Shown in pieces: positions 9,878 to 19,428 of a DNA stretch of 64,000 nucleotides (within the stretch, counting starts at the first letter, position 1; each line of letters starts with the position of its first letter). A program made the position numbers and the translations under genes. The stretch spans positions 54,453 through 118,452 of the forward strand of contig JACPCV010000004.1 of assembly GCA_016184345.1 (NCBI GenBank), in the 5' to 3' direction. The notes beneath the pieces were generated by a model that saw nothing but the letters and a program-made list of their open reading frames with translations, was not told where the DNA came from and did no database searches. The DNA comes from Candidatus Woesearchaeota archaeon (GTDB lineage Archaea > Nanobdellota > Nanobdellia > Woesearchaeales > UBA10216).

Positions 9878-10630
9878 TCACCTGAAAAAGTCACTGATAA
9901 AATCATTCATGGTGAAAAAGCCCTTCTTCCCCTTGAGCCACTCAGCGGCCATCACAGCGCCAAGGGCAAAGCCAGCCCTGCTCCTCGCAGTGTGCTTGAG
10001 CTCAATTGTGTCTGCCTCACTGTCAAAGCCGACAACGTGAGTGCCCGGAATTGAACCGCCTCTAATGCTTGCAAAGTGCACCTCATCGGGGTTTATCCTG
10101 CGCTCAAGCTTTTCATACTGGGCCTGCTTCTTCCTGCCAATGTTTTTGAGCAGGATTTCAGCAATGCTCTTCGCCGTGCCAGAAGGGCTGTCAAGCTTCT
10201 GGCTGTGGTGAAGCTCATAGCCGAACACGTCATATTCCGGAACCTTGTTTACCAGCCTGGCAGCAGCCTCAACAATTCTGTAAAAGACATTGACACCAAC
10301 TGAAAAGTTTGAGCTGTAAATAAAGCCAATTCCAGACTGGCCAACAAGCTGCTTTGCGTCAGTAATGCTGTCATACCAGCCCGTGGTGCCGACAACCATG
10401 TTCTTCCCTGCAGCGGTAACCCTGGAAATGTTCGTAAGCGCAGCTGCAGGCATTGTGAAATCAATGACAACATCAGCGTCCTTGAAGCAGCTGCCTGAGC
10501 CGTCAACCTCCTTGTAAGTTGCTGCTGGCTCAGACTTGTCAATAATCGCGCAAACCGTGTGGCCGCGGAGCTTTGCAACCCGCTCCACCTCCCTGCCCAT
10601 CTTCCCGTAGCCAATCAGGGCAATTTTCAT
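9878..10630 (-). CDS. dapB: 4-hydroxy-tetrahydrodipicolinate reductase
   Basis: 250 aa, MKIALIGYGKMG NAD(P)-binding N-terminus and a DapB C-terminal domain. Confidence 0.9.
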   Translation of the reverse strand: MKIALIGYGKMGREVERVAKLRGHTVCAIIDKSEPAATYKEVDGSGSCFKDADVVIDFTMPAAALTNISRVTAAGKNMVVGTTGWYDSITDAKQLVGQSGIGFIYSSNFSVGVNVFYRIVEAAARLVNKVPEYDVFGYELHHSQKLDSPSGTAKSIAEILLKNIGRKKQAQYEKLERRINPDEVHFASIRGGSIPGTHVVGFDSEADTIELKHTARSRAGFALGAVMAAEWLKGKKGFFTMNDFISDFFR

Positions 10631-11538
10631 TCTACTACCCCCATGCCAGCCAGCACCTTCCTGAGCGTTTCCCTGTTCTCAGGGCGGAGCTCACACAGCG
10701 GAAGCCGGAGCGGCCCGGCCGGCATGCCCGCCATTTCCATTGCCTCCTTGATGGGTATCGGGTTTGTCTCAATGAACGCAGCCTTGAAGAGGGGAGCAAG
10801 GTATGAGTTCACTTTTTCAGCTTCCGCATAATTTTTCTGCATCGCGTATGCGCACAGGTCAGCTACCTTGCGCGGCAGCAGGTTGCTGATGACTGAGATA
10901 ACTCCCACTCCTCCTGCTTTCATCAGCTCAAGGGTCATGTTGTCATCTCCGCTTAAAACAACAAAGTCCTTCGGCATCTTTGCAATGACATCCTTCATCT
11001 GGTTCAGGTCGCCTGACGCTTCCTTGACGCCAACAATATTCTTGATCCCCTTGAACCGCTCCATTGTAGCAGTCTCAATATTCACTGCAGTCCGCCCCTT
11101 GATGTTGTATACGATGATGGGAATGTCAACTGCCTCAGCCACTGCCTTGAAGTGCCTGTAAAGCCCTTCCTGGGTTGGCTTGTTGTAATATGGCGATACA
11201 ATGAGCACGGCATCTGCGCCAAGCTCTTTAGCCACTCTGGTATGCTCAACTGTCGTAGCAGTGGAGTTTGTCCCTGTCCCGACAATTACCGGTATCCGCT
11301 TGCGGGCAGTTTCAACAACTGCAGTGATGATGGCCTTGCGTTCCTCTTCAGTAACAGTAGGCGATTCGCCTGTTGTCCCAAGCGGAACAAGCCCTGAAAT
11401 TCCCTGCTGTATCTGAAATTCAACGTTCTCCTTCAATCCTGTGATGTCCAGGCTGCCGTCCTGCCTGAAAGGCGTAACCATGGCGGTTATCGCACCTGAA
11501 ATCCTTACAGTTTTTTCATTTGAACCCATTGGTACCAC
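10627..11538 (-). CDS. dapA: 4-hydroxy-tetrahydrodipicolinate synthase
   Basis: 303 aa, TIM-barrel lyase with the GTTGE motif (LGTTGESPT) and Schiff-base lysine region VGVKEASGD. Confidence 0.9.
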   Translation of the reverse strand: MVPMGSNEKTVRISGAITAMVTPFRQDGSLDITGLKENVEFQIQQGISGLVPLGTTGESPTVTEEERKAIITAVVETARKRIPVIVGTGTNSTATTVEHTRVAKELGADAVLIVSPYYNKPTQEGLYRHFKAVAEAVDIPIIVYNIKGRTAVNIETATMERFKGIKNIVGVKEASGDLNQMKDVIAKMPKDFVVLSGDDNMTLELMKAGGVGVISVISNLLPRKVADLCAYAMQKNYAEAEKVNSYLAPLFKAAFIETNPIPIKEAMEMAGMPAGPLRLPLCELRPENRETLRKVLAGMGVVE

Positions 11539-11552
11539 CCCGTAATCTTGTT

Positions 11553-12953
11553 TTAGGCTTTCAATTTGCCTTGCCTCGCCTTTGCGACTGCTGCAACCGG
11601 AGCCTGGGCAACCTGTGCGCCAAAAAACTCGCCATGCAAAGCCCGGACAGCCTCGGCAAGGCGACTCTCATTTATAACGATGCTCACGTTAACGTCAGCG
11701 TAACTCTGCGACGTCATCTCAATATTAATGCCAAGCTTTCCGAGCATTGAAAATATCTTGCCCCCAACACCCGGCCTTGACTTTATGCCCATACCTATCA
11801 CGCTTATGGATGCTCTGTCTTCCAAAACAGACACGTTTGCAAACTCCTTGAGCTTCTCAACAAGCTTTGAAACGTCAAACGACTTATCAACAGTCACTGA
11901 AACATTCACTTCAGACGTTGATACCAGGTCAACAGGAACCTTGTAATCGTTAAAAAGCTTGAACACGTGGTAAAGGAAGCCATACGCCCTGAGCATCCTT
12001 GCCGAGTTAATGTTAATAACGTAAATCTTATTCTTTGAGGTTATGGCTGTCACATGCTCCTTTCTGGCAACGTTTTTCAGGATAAGCGTGCCTTTGCCTG
12101 AAGGGTTGAACGTGTTAAGCACCCTTACCGGGATGTTCCTGTCCAATGCAGGCAGGATTGTCTTTGGGTGGAGCACCTTTGCGCCAAAATAAGCAAGCTC
12201 GCTCGCCTCCTCAAACGAAACAACGTCAACAGTCCTTGCATCAGGCACAATCCTCGGATCAGCAGTCATGACGCCGTCAACGTCAGTCCAAATCTGGATT
12301 TCCCCTGCGCCAAGGGCAGCGCCGAAAATCGCGGCAGAATAATCGCTGCCTCCCCTTCCGAGAGTTGTGACTTCACCCTGCTCATTCTTGCCGATGAAGC
12401 CTGTAACAACAGGGATAGCGCCTTTTGGAATAACTGAAACGGCAGCCGCAATCCGCTGGTAAGCGCCCGGAAGAATCTCCGCATTGCCAAAATTCTGGTC
12501 TGTAACCACGCCAAGGTCATAAGCATTAAACGCCTGGGCGCTGAGACCGATTTTCCTTGCGGAAGCAGCAAAAATATTTGAAGACATCCGCTCGCCAAAC
12601 GAGGCAACGTAGTCCGTAGTCCGGGTGGTGAGCTCCTTGACGAGGGAGATGCCAAAAAGGACCTGCTCAAGCTCGGCAACATCCTCTGAGATGATGCCAG
12701 GGTCAAGCCCCAAGCCCTGAATAACTGTTTGGTGCCTTTCCTCAATTGCACCTATCATTTCTTTCGCGGAAAAGCCCCTCTCAAGGGCTTTCCTGGCTGA
12801 TGCAAGGAGAAGGTCAGTAACCTCTGAGAGGGCAGAAACCACAACAAAAGGGGCACGGCCTTTGCTTGCAGCCACTATGCCAACAGACTGCCGTATGCTT
12901 TCAGCACTGCCAACAGACGTGCCGCCAAACTTCATCACAATCACAGCAACCAT
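11553..12953 (-). CDS. lysC: Aspartate kinase
   Basis: 466 aa, KFGGTSVGS kinase N-terminus and C-terminal tandem ACT domains. First gene of the operon. Confidence 0.9.
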   Translation of the reverse strand: MVAVIVMKFGGTSVGSAESIRQSVGIVAASKGRAPFVVVSALSEVTDLLLASARKALERGFSAKEMIGAIEERHQTVIQGLGLDPGIISEDVAELEQVLFGISLVKELTTRTTDYVASFGERMSSNIFAASARKIGLSAQAFNAYDLGVVTDQNFGNAEILPGAYQRIAAAVSVIPKGAIPVVTGFIGKNEQGEVTTLGRGGSDYSAAIFGAALGAGEIQIWTDVDGVMTADPRIVPDARTVDVVSFEEASELAYFGAKVLHPKTILPALDRNIPVRVLNTFNPSGKGTLILKNVARKEHVTAITSKNKIYVININSARMLRAYGFLYHVFKLFNDYKVPVDLVSTSEVNVSVTVDKSFDVSKLVEKLKEFANVSVLEDRASISVIGMGIKSRPGVGGKIFSMLGKLGINIEMTSQSYADVNVSIVINESRLAEAVRALHGEFFGAQVAQAPVAAVAKARQGKLKA

Positions 12954-13111
12954 CCCCCTTAATCAATAGCGCTAAAAAGCGGAGCTTTCCGACTATTTAA
13001 AGCTTTATTCACCTTGTACAACCGCGACAGGACAAAACAGTGCGCTGCTATTAAAACTTAATGTTACTAAAATAACAAAATTTAAATAGAAATGTTATTT
13101 CCTTTGATGCC

Positions 13112-13792
13112 ATGGTAACTGTAAGCGCTGTAGTCAAGAAGCTCGTTGATGAAAAGCCGCTGCTGCAGGAAGGGCTGAGGCAGGGAATAGTAAACTTTGC
13201 AGCCCTGGCTGAAAGGATAAAGCCGCAGGCAGAGCAGCAGCTTGGGAAGAGAATCAAAGAAGCGGCAATAGTCATGGCGCTGCGAAGGCACGGCGAGGCG
13301 CTGGAAGAAAGCGATGTCCGGCAAATCGGCTTTGAACCCCACACCCAGCTAACGCTTAAGACAAACCTCGCGTACTTCTCTGTAAAAAGGTCAGTGCAGC
13401 TGTTCAGGAAGCTGGAAGCGCTCTACAAGATATTTGACTACGAAGCCGGGGATACCTTCAACGTAATCCACGGCAACAACGAAGTCTCGATAATTGCCAA
13501 TGACAAGCATGAGAAACGAATAGCGGCAGCCCTGGAGGATGAGCGCATAACAACAAAGGAAAAGAACCTTGTTTCAATATCAATGAGCTTCGGCAGGGAT
13601 TTCCCGTACACGCCGGGAGCACTGTTCGCGGTAACAAGAAAACTGTATTGGGACAACGTAAACATATTTGAAATAGTCTCAGCTGCAACCGAACTCACGC
13701 TGATATTCCAGAAAAAGGACGCAATGAGGGCGTATGCGTCGCTGCAGGAATTGATTGACGAGAAGCGGCATACTGCTCACTCAGCGCCATAA
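13112..13792 (+). CDS. Hypothetical protein divergent from lysC, possibly an ACT-like regulatory protein
   Basis: 226-aa ORF transcribed divergently from the lysine operon across a 158-bp intergenic region with TTTAAATAG boxes. No strong motif recognised. Confidence 0.35.
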   Translation: MVTVSAVVKKLVDEKPLLQEGLRQGIVNFAALAERIKPQAEQQLGKRIKEAAIVMALRRHGEALEESDVRQIGFEPHTQLTLKTNLAYFSVKRSVQLFRKLEALYKIFDYEAGDTFNVIHGNNEVSIIANDKHEKRIAAALEDERITTKEKNLVSISMSFGRDFPYTPGALFAVTRKLYWDNVNIFEIVSAATELTLIFQKKDAMRAYASLQELIDEKRHTAHSAP

Positions 13793-14307
13793 TCAACCAG
13801 GCTGAAAACGTCGTAGCCCTGCAGCTTCTCCCTTCCCTTAAGGAACGAAAGCTCTATCAGGAAGGCAAAGCCTGCCACTTTTCCGCCAAGCTTCTCAACC
13901 AGGTCAGCAGCTGCCTTGCTGGTGCCCCCTGTCGCTATGAGGTCATCAACTATCAAAACCCTGTCGCCTTTTTTTATGGCATCCTCGTGAACCTCAAACG
14001 CGTCAGTGCTGTACTCTGTAGTGAACTCCTGCCGGATTTTTTTGTAAGGGAGCTTCCCTGGCTTCCTCAGGGGAACAAACGCAACGCCGAGCTCGTAAGC
14101 AAGCACAGAGCCAAAAATAAAGCCGCGGCTTTCGGCAGAAGCAACAACTGTTATGCCCCTGCCCCTAAAGCGGTCAAGAAACTGCAGGATGGCGTACCTG
14201 AACACCTTGGCATCTGACAGTAAGGGAGTGATGTCCCTGAACATTATCCCCTTCTTCGGGAAGTCAGGGACAGCACGGATTTTGGATTTGATGTCCATCG
14301 TTCTCAC
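13777..14307 (-). CDS. apt: Adenine phosphoribosyltransferase
   Basis: 176 aa, PRPP-binding motif VLIVDDLIATGGT. Confidence 0.9.
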   Translation of the reverse strand: MRTMDIKSKIRAVPDFPKKGIMFRDITPLLSDAKVFRYAILQFLDRFRGRGITVVASAESRGFIFGSVLAYELGVAFVPLRKPGKLPYKKIRQEFTTEYSTDAFEVHEDAIKKGDRVLIVDDLIATGGTSKAAADLVEKLGGKVAGFAFLIELSFLKGREKLQGYDVFSLVDYGAE

Positions 14308-15083
14308 AGCAGCGCGTCTTTCAATGCGGACTGGCAGCTGCAGGACGCCTTTCCGGGAATTTTTGGGATAATATCCAAAAGCAGTTTCTTCGTTTTCTCA
14401 ACGTTGCTTCTCAGGGTTGAAACCACAGCCTCTGCCGTGACTGCCTCGCCTTTCCAGCAGTCATAATCTGTAACCTGGGCAACAGCAGCGTAGCACATCT
14501 CAGCCTCCCTTGCCAGCACACACTCAGGCACCATAGTCATATTGATAGTATCACAGTTCCAGCTCCTGAAAAGGCTTGACTCTGCCAGGGTGGAAAAGCG
14601 GGGCCCTTCAATAACAACATTCGTGCCGACCTTGTGGTAAGGCAGCCCAAGCCTCTCAGCCGAAGCGCCAAGCAGCTTCCTGAGCTCTGGGCAGAAGGGC
14701 TCTGCCATTGAAATGTGGCAGACCTTATCCTTGTCGTAAAAAGTTGAAGCCCTCTTTGTCGTGCGGTCAATGAACTGGCCTGTGAAAACAAGGTCGCCGG
14801 GCCTGAACTCCTCTTTAAGCGAGCCAACAGCACAAGGCGCTATAATCCTGGAAACGCCAAGCTGCTTCATCGCCCAGACGTTAGCGCGGTAATTCACATT
14901 TGTAGGATTTAAAACGTGGCCCTTTCCGTGCCTAGGAATAACAATGACATCAACACCGCCTATTTTTCCGGCAATTACCGGCTGAGACGGCTTGCCGTAA
15001 GGGGTATCAACATCAACCGCCCTGGCTCCTGACAGAAAATCAGCATCATACATTCCTGTGCCGCCAATAACCCCGACCTTCAC
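14304..15083 (-). CDS. mtnP: 5'-methylthioadenosine / purine nucleoside phosphorylase
   Basis: 259 aa, MKVGVIGGTG N-terminus and PNP/MTAP family core (TPYGKPS, VIPRHG). Confidence 0.85.
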   Translation of the reverse strand: MKVGVIGGTGMYDADFLSGARAVDVDTPYGKPSQPVIAGKIGGVDVIVIPRHGKGHVLNPTNVNYRANVWAMKQLGVSRIIAPCAVGSLKEEFRPGDLVFTGQFIDRTTKRASTFYDKDKVCHISMAEPFCPELRKLLGASAERLGLPYHKVGTNVVIEGPRFSTLAESSLFRSWNCDTINMTMVPECVLAREAEMCYAAVAQVTDYDCWKGEAVTAEAVVSTLRSNVEKTKKLLLDIIPKIPGKASCSCQSALKDALL

Positions 15084-15157
15084 GAGAACTGGCTTTTAAC
15101 CTGCCAGATTTAAATCTTTTGAAAAAATGTTGCACAGCCACTTTAAAGCCGCTGCAG

Positions 15158-15853
15158 TTAAACGCGCTGTTCCGAAAAGATAAGGCCTTCCAGCTTAATC
15201 CCTTCCAGCTCGACAGGAAGCTTCCTGCCTGTAGCAGCCAGGTTTCCTTCAAGGGCATGGACCATGCTAATCCCGGAAGCCGTGACCAGGCCGTGCTGGT
15301 AAAGTGCAATAGTGCGGTGGCCACCTGCCCCTGCAGCATAAACCTGCTTGTCATGGGCGACTGTAGGAAGCATTTCCGCAGAAGGGCGGTCATTGTCAAA
15401 AATCACGGGTATTTCTTCACGCAAGACGGCGCCTTCCAAACTGTGGTCGTGAAAGATTGCGTACGGCTTGAAACCGCTATTCACGAGCCCGCCAGCCAGA
15501 GCTGCGTGGGTCCTGAACTCTATGCTTTCACGCTCGCCCCAAAGCCTGGTGTAAGCTGTGCCACCATCATTAATTCTCAGAAGAGCAACCTGCAAATTTT
15601 TAACAGCCTCAACCACATCTTTTTTGCTTGCCTTAACTAGGAAATACTGGCCAGCTAAACTGGGAACGGGAACATTGAATTTGAGTGTTTGTATCTCACA
15701 AACATCATCAGCAACATCCTGCGGCAAACTATCAAGGCGCAACGAGAAATTACCACCTTCATTACTCAGCCACCCCTTTTTAGAGGGATATCTTGCAGCT
15801 CCCAGAACCTTGTATCGCTCTAACTGCTCGGATACCCAATTCTCAATAGACAT
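15158..15853 (-). CDS. Class II aldolase/adducin-family protein (MTRu-1-P dehydratase or fuculose-P aldolase-like)
   Basis: 231 aa. GGNFSLR near the N-terminus, E...H...AIFHDHS zinc-ligand block, and a QHGLVTASG C-terminal block. Confidence 0.65.
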   Translation of the reverse strand: MSIENWVSEQLERYKVLGAARYPSKKGWLSNEGGNFSLRLDSLPQDVADDVCEIQTLKFNVPVPSLAGQYFLVKASKKDVVEAVKNLQVALLRINDGGTAYTRLWGERESIEFRTHAALAGGLVNSGFKPYAIFHDHSLEGAVLREEIPVIFDNDRPSAEMLPTVAHDKQVYAAGAGGHRTIALYQHGLVTASGISMVHALEGNLAATGRKLPVELEGIKLEGLIFSEQRV

Positions 15854-15897
15854 GAAAGAATCTGGAAATATGGGGGAATAAAAATATTTGCATCCAC

Positions 15898-16506
15898 TCA
15901 GGCTTCCTGGGCAGCGCCCTTGACTTTGCCTGCCATCTTCTGCACAACTGCCTTGTCGCTTATGATTGCAGAATTGCCTGTAGGGTCCTCAATGATTATC
16001 TTCAGCTTCTCCTCACCCCAGACGCACCGGTTTATCTTCTTAACCATGTTCTTAGCCTTCTGGACAGCGGCCTCATCCTCATCAGTATCCCTGATGACCT
16101 CCACCTGGTGCTTCACCCTCTGGAGAAGGCCTTCAATGTTGGTAACGTAGCCGTTAGAGGCCTCACCGGGCTCAATGTCAGCAACGTAAGGTATCCTGAC
16201 TGTGGCCTGGCTTGACTTTACAACCCTTATGCCCATGTCATCAGGCCCTGAAACTTCAATAGAATGCTTTGCAGGCTCCCTCTGCTCTGCACATTCAAGG
16301 TCAGCCTTGTGAAACTTGCAGCTTGTGCACGTCATTGCAAACAAAAGAACTTTACCGAAATAGGGAACTTCCTGCTCCCTCTCAGTGAGGGTAAGGGACT
16401 TCTGCGAGCAGACCGGGCAAAGCTCGCCCATAACGACGCTAACGTTTGCATCATTGCTTTGGCTGCTGCCTTCGGCAATCCCTTTCTTCCCAAATGGCTT
16501 TGCCAT
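15898..16506 (-). CDS. ZPR1-type zinc-finger protein
   Basis: CPVC...x26...CTSC zinc ribbon followed by VVKSSQATVRIPYVADIEPG...GYVTNIEGLL, matching the ZPR1 A-domain signature. The ORF-track start at 16524 is TTG; the ATG at 16504-16506 sits ~25 nt downstream of the TTTAAATA box at 16530-16537. Confidence 0.7.
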   Translation of the reverse strand: MAKPFGKKGIAEGSSQSNDANVSVVMGELCPVCSQKSLTLTEREQEVPYFGKVLLFAMTCTSCKFHKADLECAEQREPAKHSIEVSGPDDMGIRVVKSSQATVRIPYVADIEPGEASNGYVTNIEGLLQRVKHQVEVIRDTDEDEAAVQKAKNMVKKINRCVWGEEKLKIIIEDPTGNSAIISDKAVVQKMAGKVKGAAQEA

Positions 16507-16566
16507 GGAAGAAAATCTCCGCAATACAATTTAAATAGTTTTTGGTGGAGAAAAAAATTCTTAGTC

Positions 16567-17211
16567 CTAAACCTGTAGTTTTTTACTAAATTCAGCGACT
16601 ATAGAAGCTTCATTCTTTCCTAAGGAATGTTGTTGCGGGTAATATTGGCGCGTAAAAATTCTAAGGTCGTTTTTGAATGGACTGTATGGAGGCGACTCGG
16701 ACGTGTACCCGCATCTCTCAAATGGGACTACGGCGCCATCGTGGACACCCACTGAATGCTTTAAGCTATCAGCATGCGCCGAGTATGCGAAAGATTCAAA
16801 GATTTGTTGCAAGGCACGTATAACATGTGTGCCAATGCCTTGGCGCTGTTTTGCCGGTTCTACCATTATGAAACCAGCATTACGTGGAGTTAACATGCCA
16901 CTACCCCGCATTGAAAATGGGGGCAGCACATAAAATGCAACTACACTTTCATCAATAGTTGCTGCAACCACTACCTTTTCCCTAGCTGATGAACGCAACC
17001 GTCTTAAGTATCCACTTACGGCCTCTTCAGGGCGTTGTTCAGGAGGCAAGCTCCTTAACTCCAACTCATCTCCAGCCATGACAACTGCTGCTTCATGTTT
17101 TTGTTGACTGCTCAATTCCCGAAAAAGCTTAAGCTCAAGCATAAAGGCGGGTAATTGCTCTTTGCTTAAATATGTTCCCAGCCAGCAAAGCGCAGCAATC
17201 TGCGTCTTCAC
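16567..17211 (-). CDS. GNAT-family N-acetyltransferase (likely shorter, starting at an internal Met)
   Basis: Acetyl-CoA-binding motif VEPAKQRQGIGTHVIRAL. The 5' end overlaps the metG stop, so the true start is probably downstream. Confidence 0.5.
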   Translation of the reverse strand: MKTQIAALCWLGTYLSKEQLPAFMLELKLFRELSSQQKHEAAVVMAGDELELRSLPPEQRPEEAVSGYLRRLRSSAREKVVVAATIDESVVAFYVLPPFSMRGSGMLTPRNAGFIMVEPAKQRQGIGTHVIRALQQIFESFAYSAHADSLKHSVGVHDGAVVPFERCGYTSESPPYSPFKNDLRIFTRQYYPQQHSLGKNEASIVAEFSKKLQV

Positions 17212-19349
17212 CTGACAACAGCATCATCAGCCGCGTCAACAGGGATGATTTCCTTGCTGGTCTTCAGCGGCTTAGCGCCATACATAACCTTCTCGTCCTT
17301 GACCCTGAGGTTAAGCCTGTAGAACTCGTCAATGGCAAGCTGCTTCCTGTTTCCGGCTATCTTTTCGGGGTCAGAGCCTTCAGGGAAAACCAAATCGCCC
17401 GGTTCAGAGCCCTGCGGAAAAACCACGGTAACCCTGCTGCCGTCATCAGCGGCCAGCAACATCCCCTGGCTTTCATAGCCGCGAAGCTTGGCATGCTTGA
17501 GGTTTGAAACAACAACAACCTTCTTCCCCAGAAGCTCGTCCTTTTTGTAGTAAGGCCTCAATCCGGCAACGAGCTGGATGACTTTTGGCTTGCCCTTGCC
17601 AATGTCAACCTTCAGGACATAAAGCTTGTCAGCATCAGGATGCTCTGCTATTTCACCTATCACGCCAACCTTAAGGACAGCGGGAAAAACAGGGGCGAGG
17701 GCAATTGTCTCCTCAATTGGGGCAAAGACAATCCTTGCAGGGTAAAGCTTCTTTGCAGACGGGAACCTGCCCAAGTCAGCAAAACTTAAGTGCTCAAAGT
17801 TCTCATAGCCAAAAAGCCGCAGAATCTTCTCGGAATACTTTGGCAGTATGGGGAAAGCCAGCAGCATGAGATCCCTGACTATCTGTGCTGCGACAGAAAC
17901 AACCCTGTGGCACTTCTTCTTGTCTGTTTTTATCAGCTGCCACGGCTGGTTTTCCTGGAAATAGCGGTTGCCAATGCTGCTCAGCTCAAGGAGCTCCCTG
18001 ACAGCATCCTTAAAGCTGTATTCCAGGTAATGCCCAGCTATGCTGTCATACTTAGGCTGCAGCTGCTGGAGGAAAAGCTTCTCATCAGTGCCGAGAGGCT
18101 CAAGCTTTGAATCAAAATTGTTGTTAAGGAACACAAGCGTGCGGTGCACAAAATTAGCCAGGTTGTTGACCAGGTCATTATTGGTTTTCTCCTTAAAATC
18201 ATTGAAGTCAAGGTTTATGTCACTCACTGACTTTGTCAAATGCGAGGCATAGTAAAACCTCAGGAACTCCGGCTCATGCCCTGAAACAGCAAGGTAATCC
18301 TTTGCTGTCAGGAAGTTGCCCCGTGACTTTGACATCTTCTCGCCGTTTACTGTGAGGTGGCCGTGCACTGCAATGTCGCTTGGGAGGCTAAAGCCTGCTG
18401 CGGCCAGCATGGCGGGCCAGAACAGGAGGTGGAAATAGATTATGTCCTTCCCTATAAAGTGGATTATTCTCGCATCAGGATTCTGCCAGTAAGCCTCAAG
18501 CGCCGTCTTGCCCAGCTTGTCCTTACAGTATTTCTCAGTTGCCGCAATGTAGCCGATTGGGGCATCAAGCCAGACATAGTAATACTTGTTAAGCTCACCC
18601 GGAATCTTAAAGCCAAAGTAGGGGCCATCCCTGGAGATGTCCCAGTCCTGCAGCCCTGACTTAATCCAGCCCTCAACAAAATGCCTCACATCGCTCTGGA
18701 TGCCCTTGTTGCCATCCAGCCACTCCTGCAGCTGCTGCGAAAAAGAGCTTAGCTTGAAGAAGTAATGAAGGCTCTGCTTCCTCACAGGGGCTAAACCGCA
18801 GATTGCACATCTCGGCTCAATAAGCTCAACAGGCTGGTAAGTGGCATTGCACTTCTCGCACTGGTCGCCATACTGGTCTTCAGCACCGCATTTTGGGCAT
18901 TTTCCTTTCACATACCTGTCGGGAAGGTAGCGCTTGTCATTCTCGCAGTAAGTGAGCTCAACAAGGCGTTGCTGGATAAGCCCCTTCTCATTAAGCCTGT
19001 TGAAGAAAAGGTCGCTGTAGAACCTGTTCTCAGGGCTGTTAGTGGAATGGTAAACGTCAAAGTTCACGAAAAAAGAAGCAAAATCAGCAGTGTGCTCATC
19101 ATAATACCTCTTGATAAGCTCCTCAGGCGCAATTTTTTCCTTTGCAGCAGCAAGCTCAATCGGAGTCCCATGCGTGTCATCGCCGCAAACGTAAATAACA
19201 TCCTTCCCCGACAGCCTCAGGAACCTCACAAATATGTCTGCCTGGATGTACTCAACAAGATGCCCAAGATGGATAGGACCATTAGCATACGGCAACCCCG
19301 CAGTCACGAGTATTTTCTCTTTCCGGCTGGCACCTGATTCTTTCACCAT
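17208..19349 (-). CDS. metG: Methionyl-tRNA synthetase with a C-terminal tRNA-binding domain
   Basis: 713 aa, HLGHLVEY (HIGH), KMSKS, zinc knuckles (CPKCG, CEKCN). C-terminal EMAP-like tRNA-binding domain. Confidence 0.95.
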   Translation of the reverse strand: MVKESGASRKEKILVTAGLPYANGPIHLGHLVEYIQADIFVRFLRLSGKDVIYVCGDDTHGTPIELAAAKEKIAPEELIKRYYDEHTADFASFFVNFDVYHSTNSPENRFYSDLFFNRLNEKGLIQQRLVELTYCENDKRYLPDRYVKGKCPKCGAEDQYGDQCEKCNATYQPVELIEPRCAICGLAPVRKQSLHYFFKLSSFSQQLQEWLDGNKGIQSDVRHFVEGWIKSGLQDWDISRDGPYFGFKIPGELNKYYYVWLDAPIGYIAATEKYCKDKLGKTALEAYWQNPDARIIHFIGKDIIYFHLLFWPAMLAAAGFSLPSDIAVHGHLTVNGEKMSKSRGNFLTAKDYLAVSGHEPEFLRFYYASHLTKSVSDINLDFNDFKEKTNNDLVNNLANFVHRTLVFLNNNFDSKLEPLGTDEKLFLQQLQPKYDSIAGHYLEYSFKDAVRELLELSSIGNRYFQENQPWQLIKTDKKKCHRVVSVAAQIVRDLMLLAFPILPKYSEKILRLFGYENFEHLSFADLGRFPSAKKLYPARIVFAPIEETIALAPVFPAVLKVGVIGEIAEHPDADKLYVLKVDIGKGKPKVIQLVAGLRPYYKKDELLGKKVVVVSNLKHAKLRGYESQGMLLAADDGSRVTVVFPQGSEPGDLVFPEGSDPEKIAGNRKQLAIDEFYRLNLRVKDEKVMYGAKPLKTSKEIIPVDAADDAVVR

Positions 19350-19372
19350 GAAAGAAAAAGGAACAGGGATTG

Positions 19373-19380
19373 TTTAAATA
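19373..19380 (-). promoter_or_regulatory. TTTAAATA box upstream of metG (leaderless start)
   Basis: Box lies 24-31 nt upstream of the ATG at 19349. The same box recurs at several other genes in the window. Confidence 0.4.
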
Positions 19381-19428
19381 GTTTGCCGAAAAAGGCCAAA
19401 ATAGAAGGCGAGAACGGCTCGATAAGAA

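Noticed and set aside
12168-12751. ORFs (89 and 161 aa) inside lysC on both strands
   Set aside because: Embedded in the aspartate kinase gene, with no independent signals.
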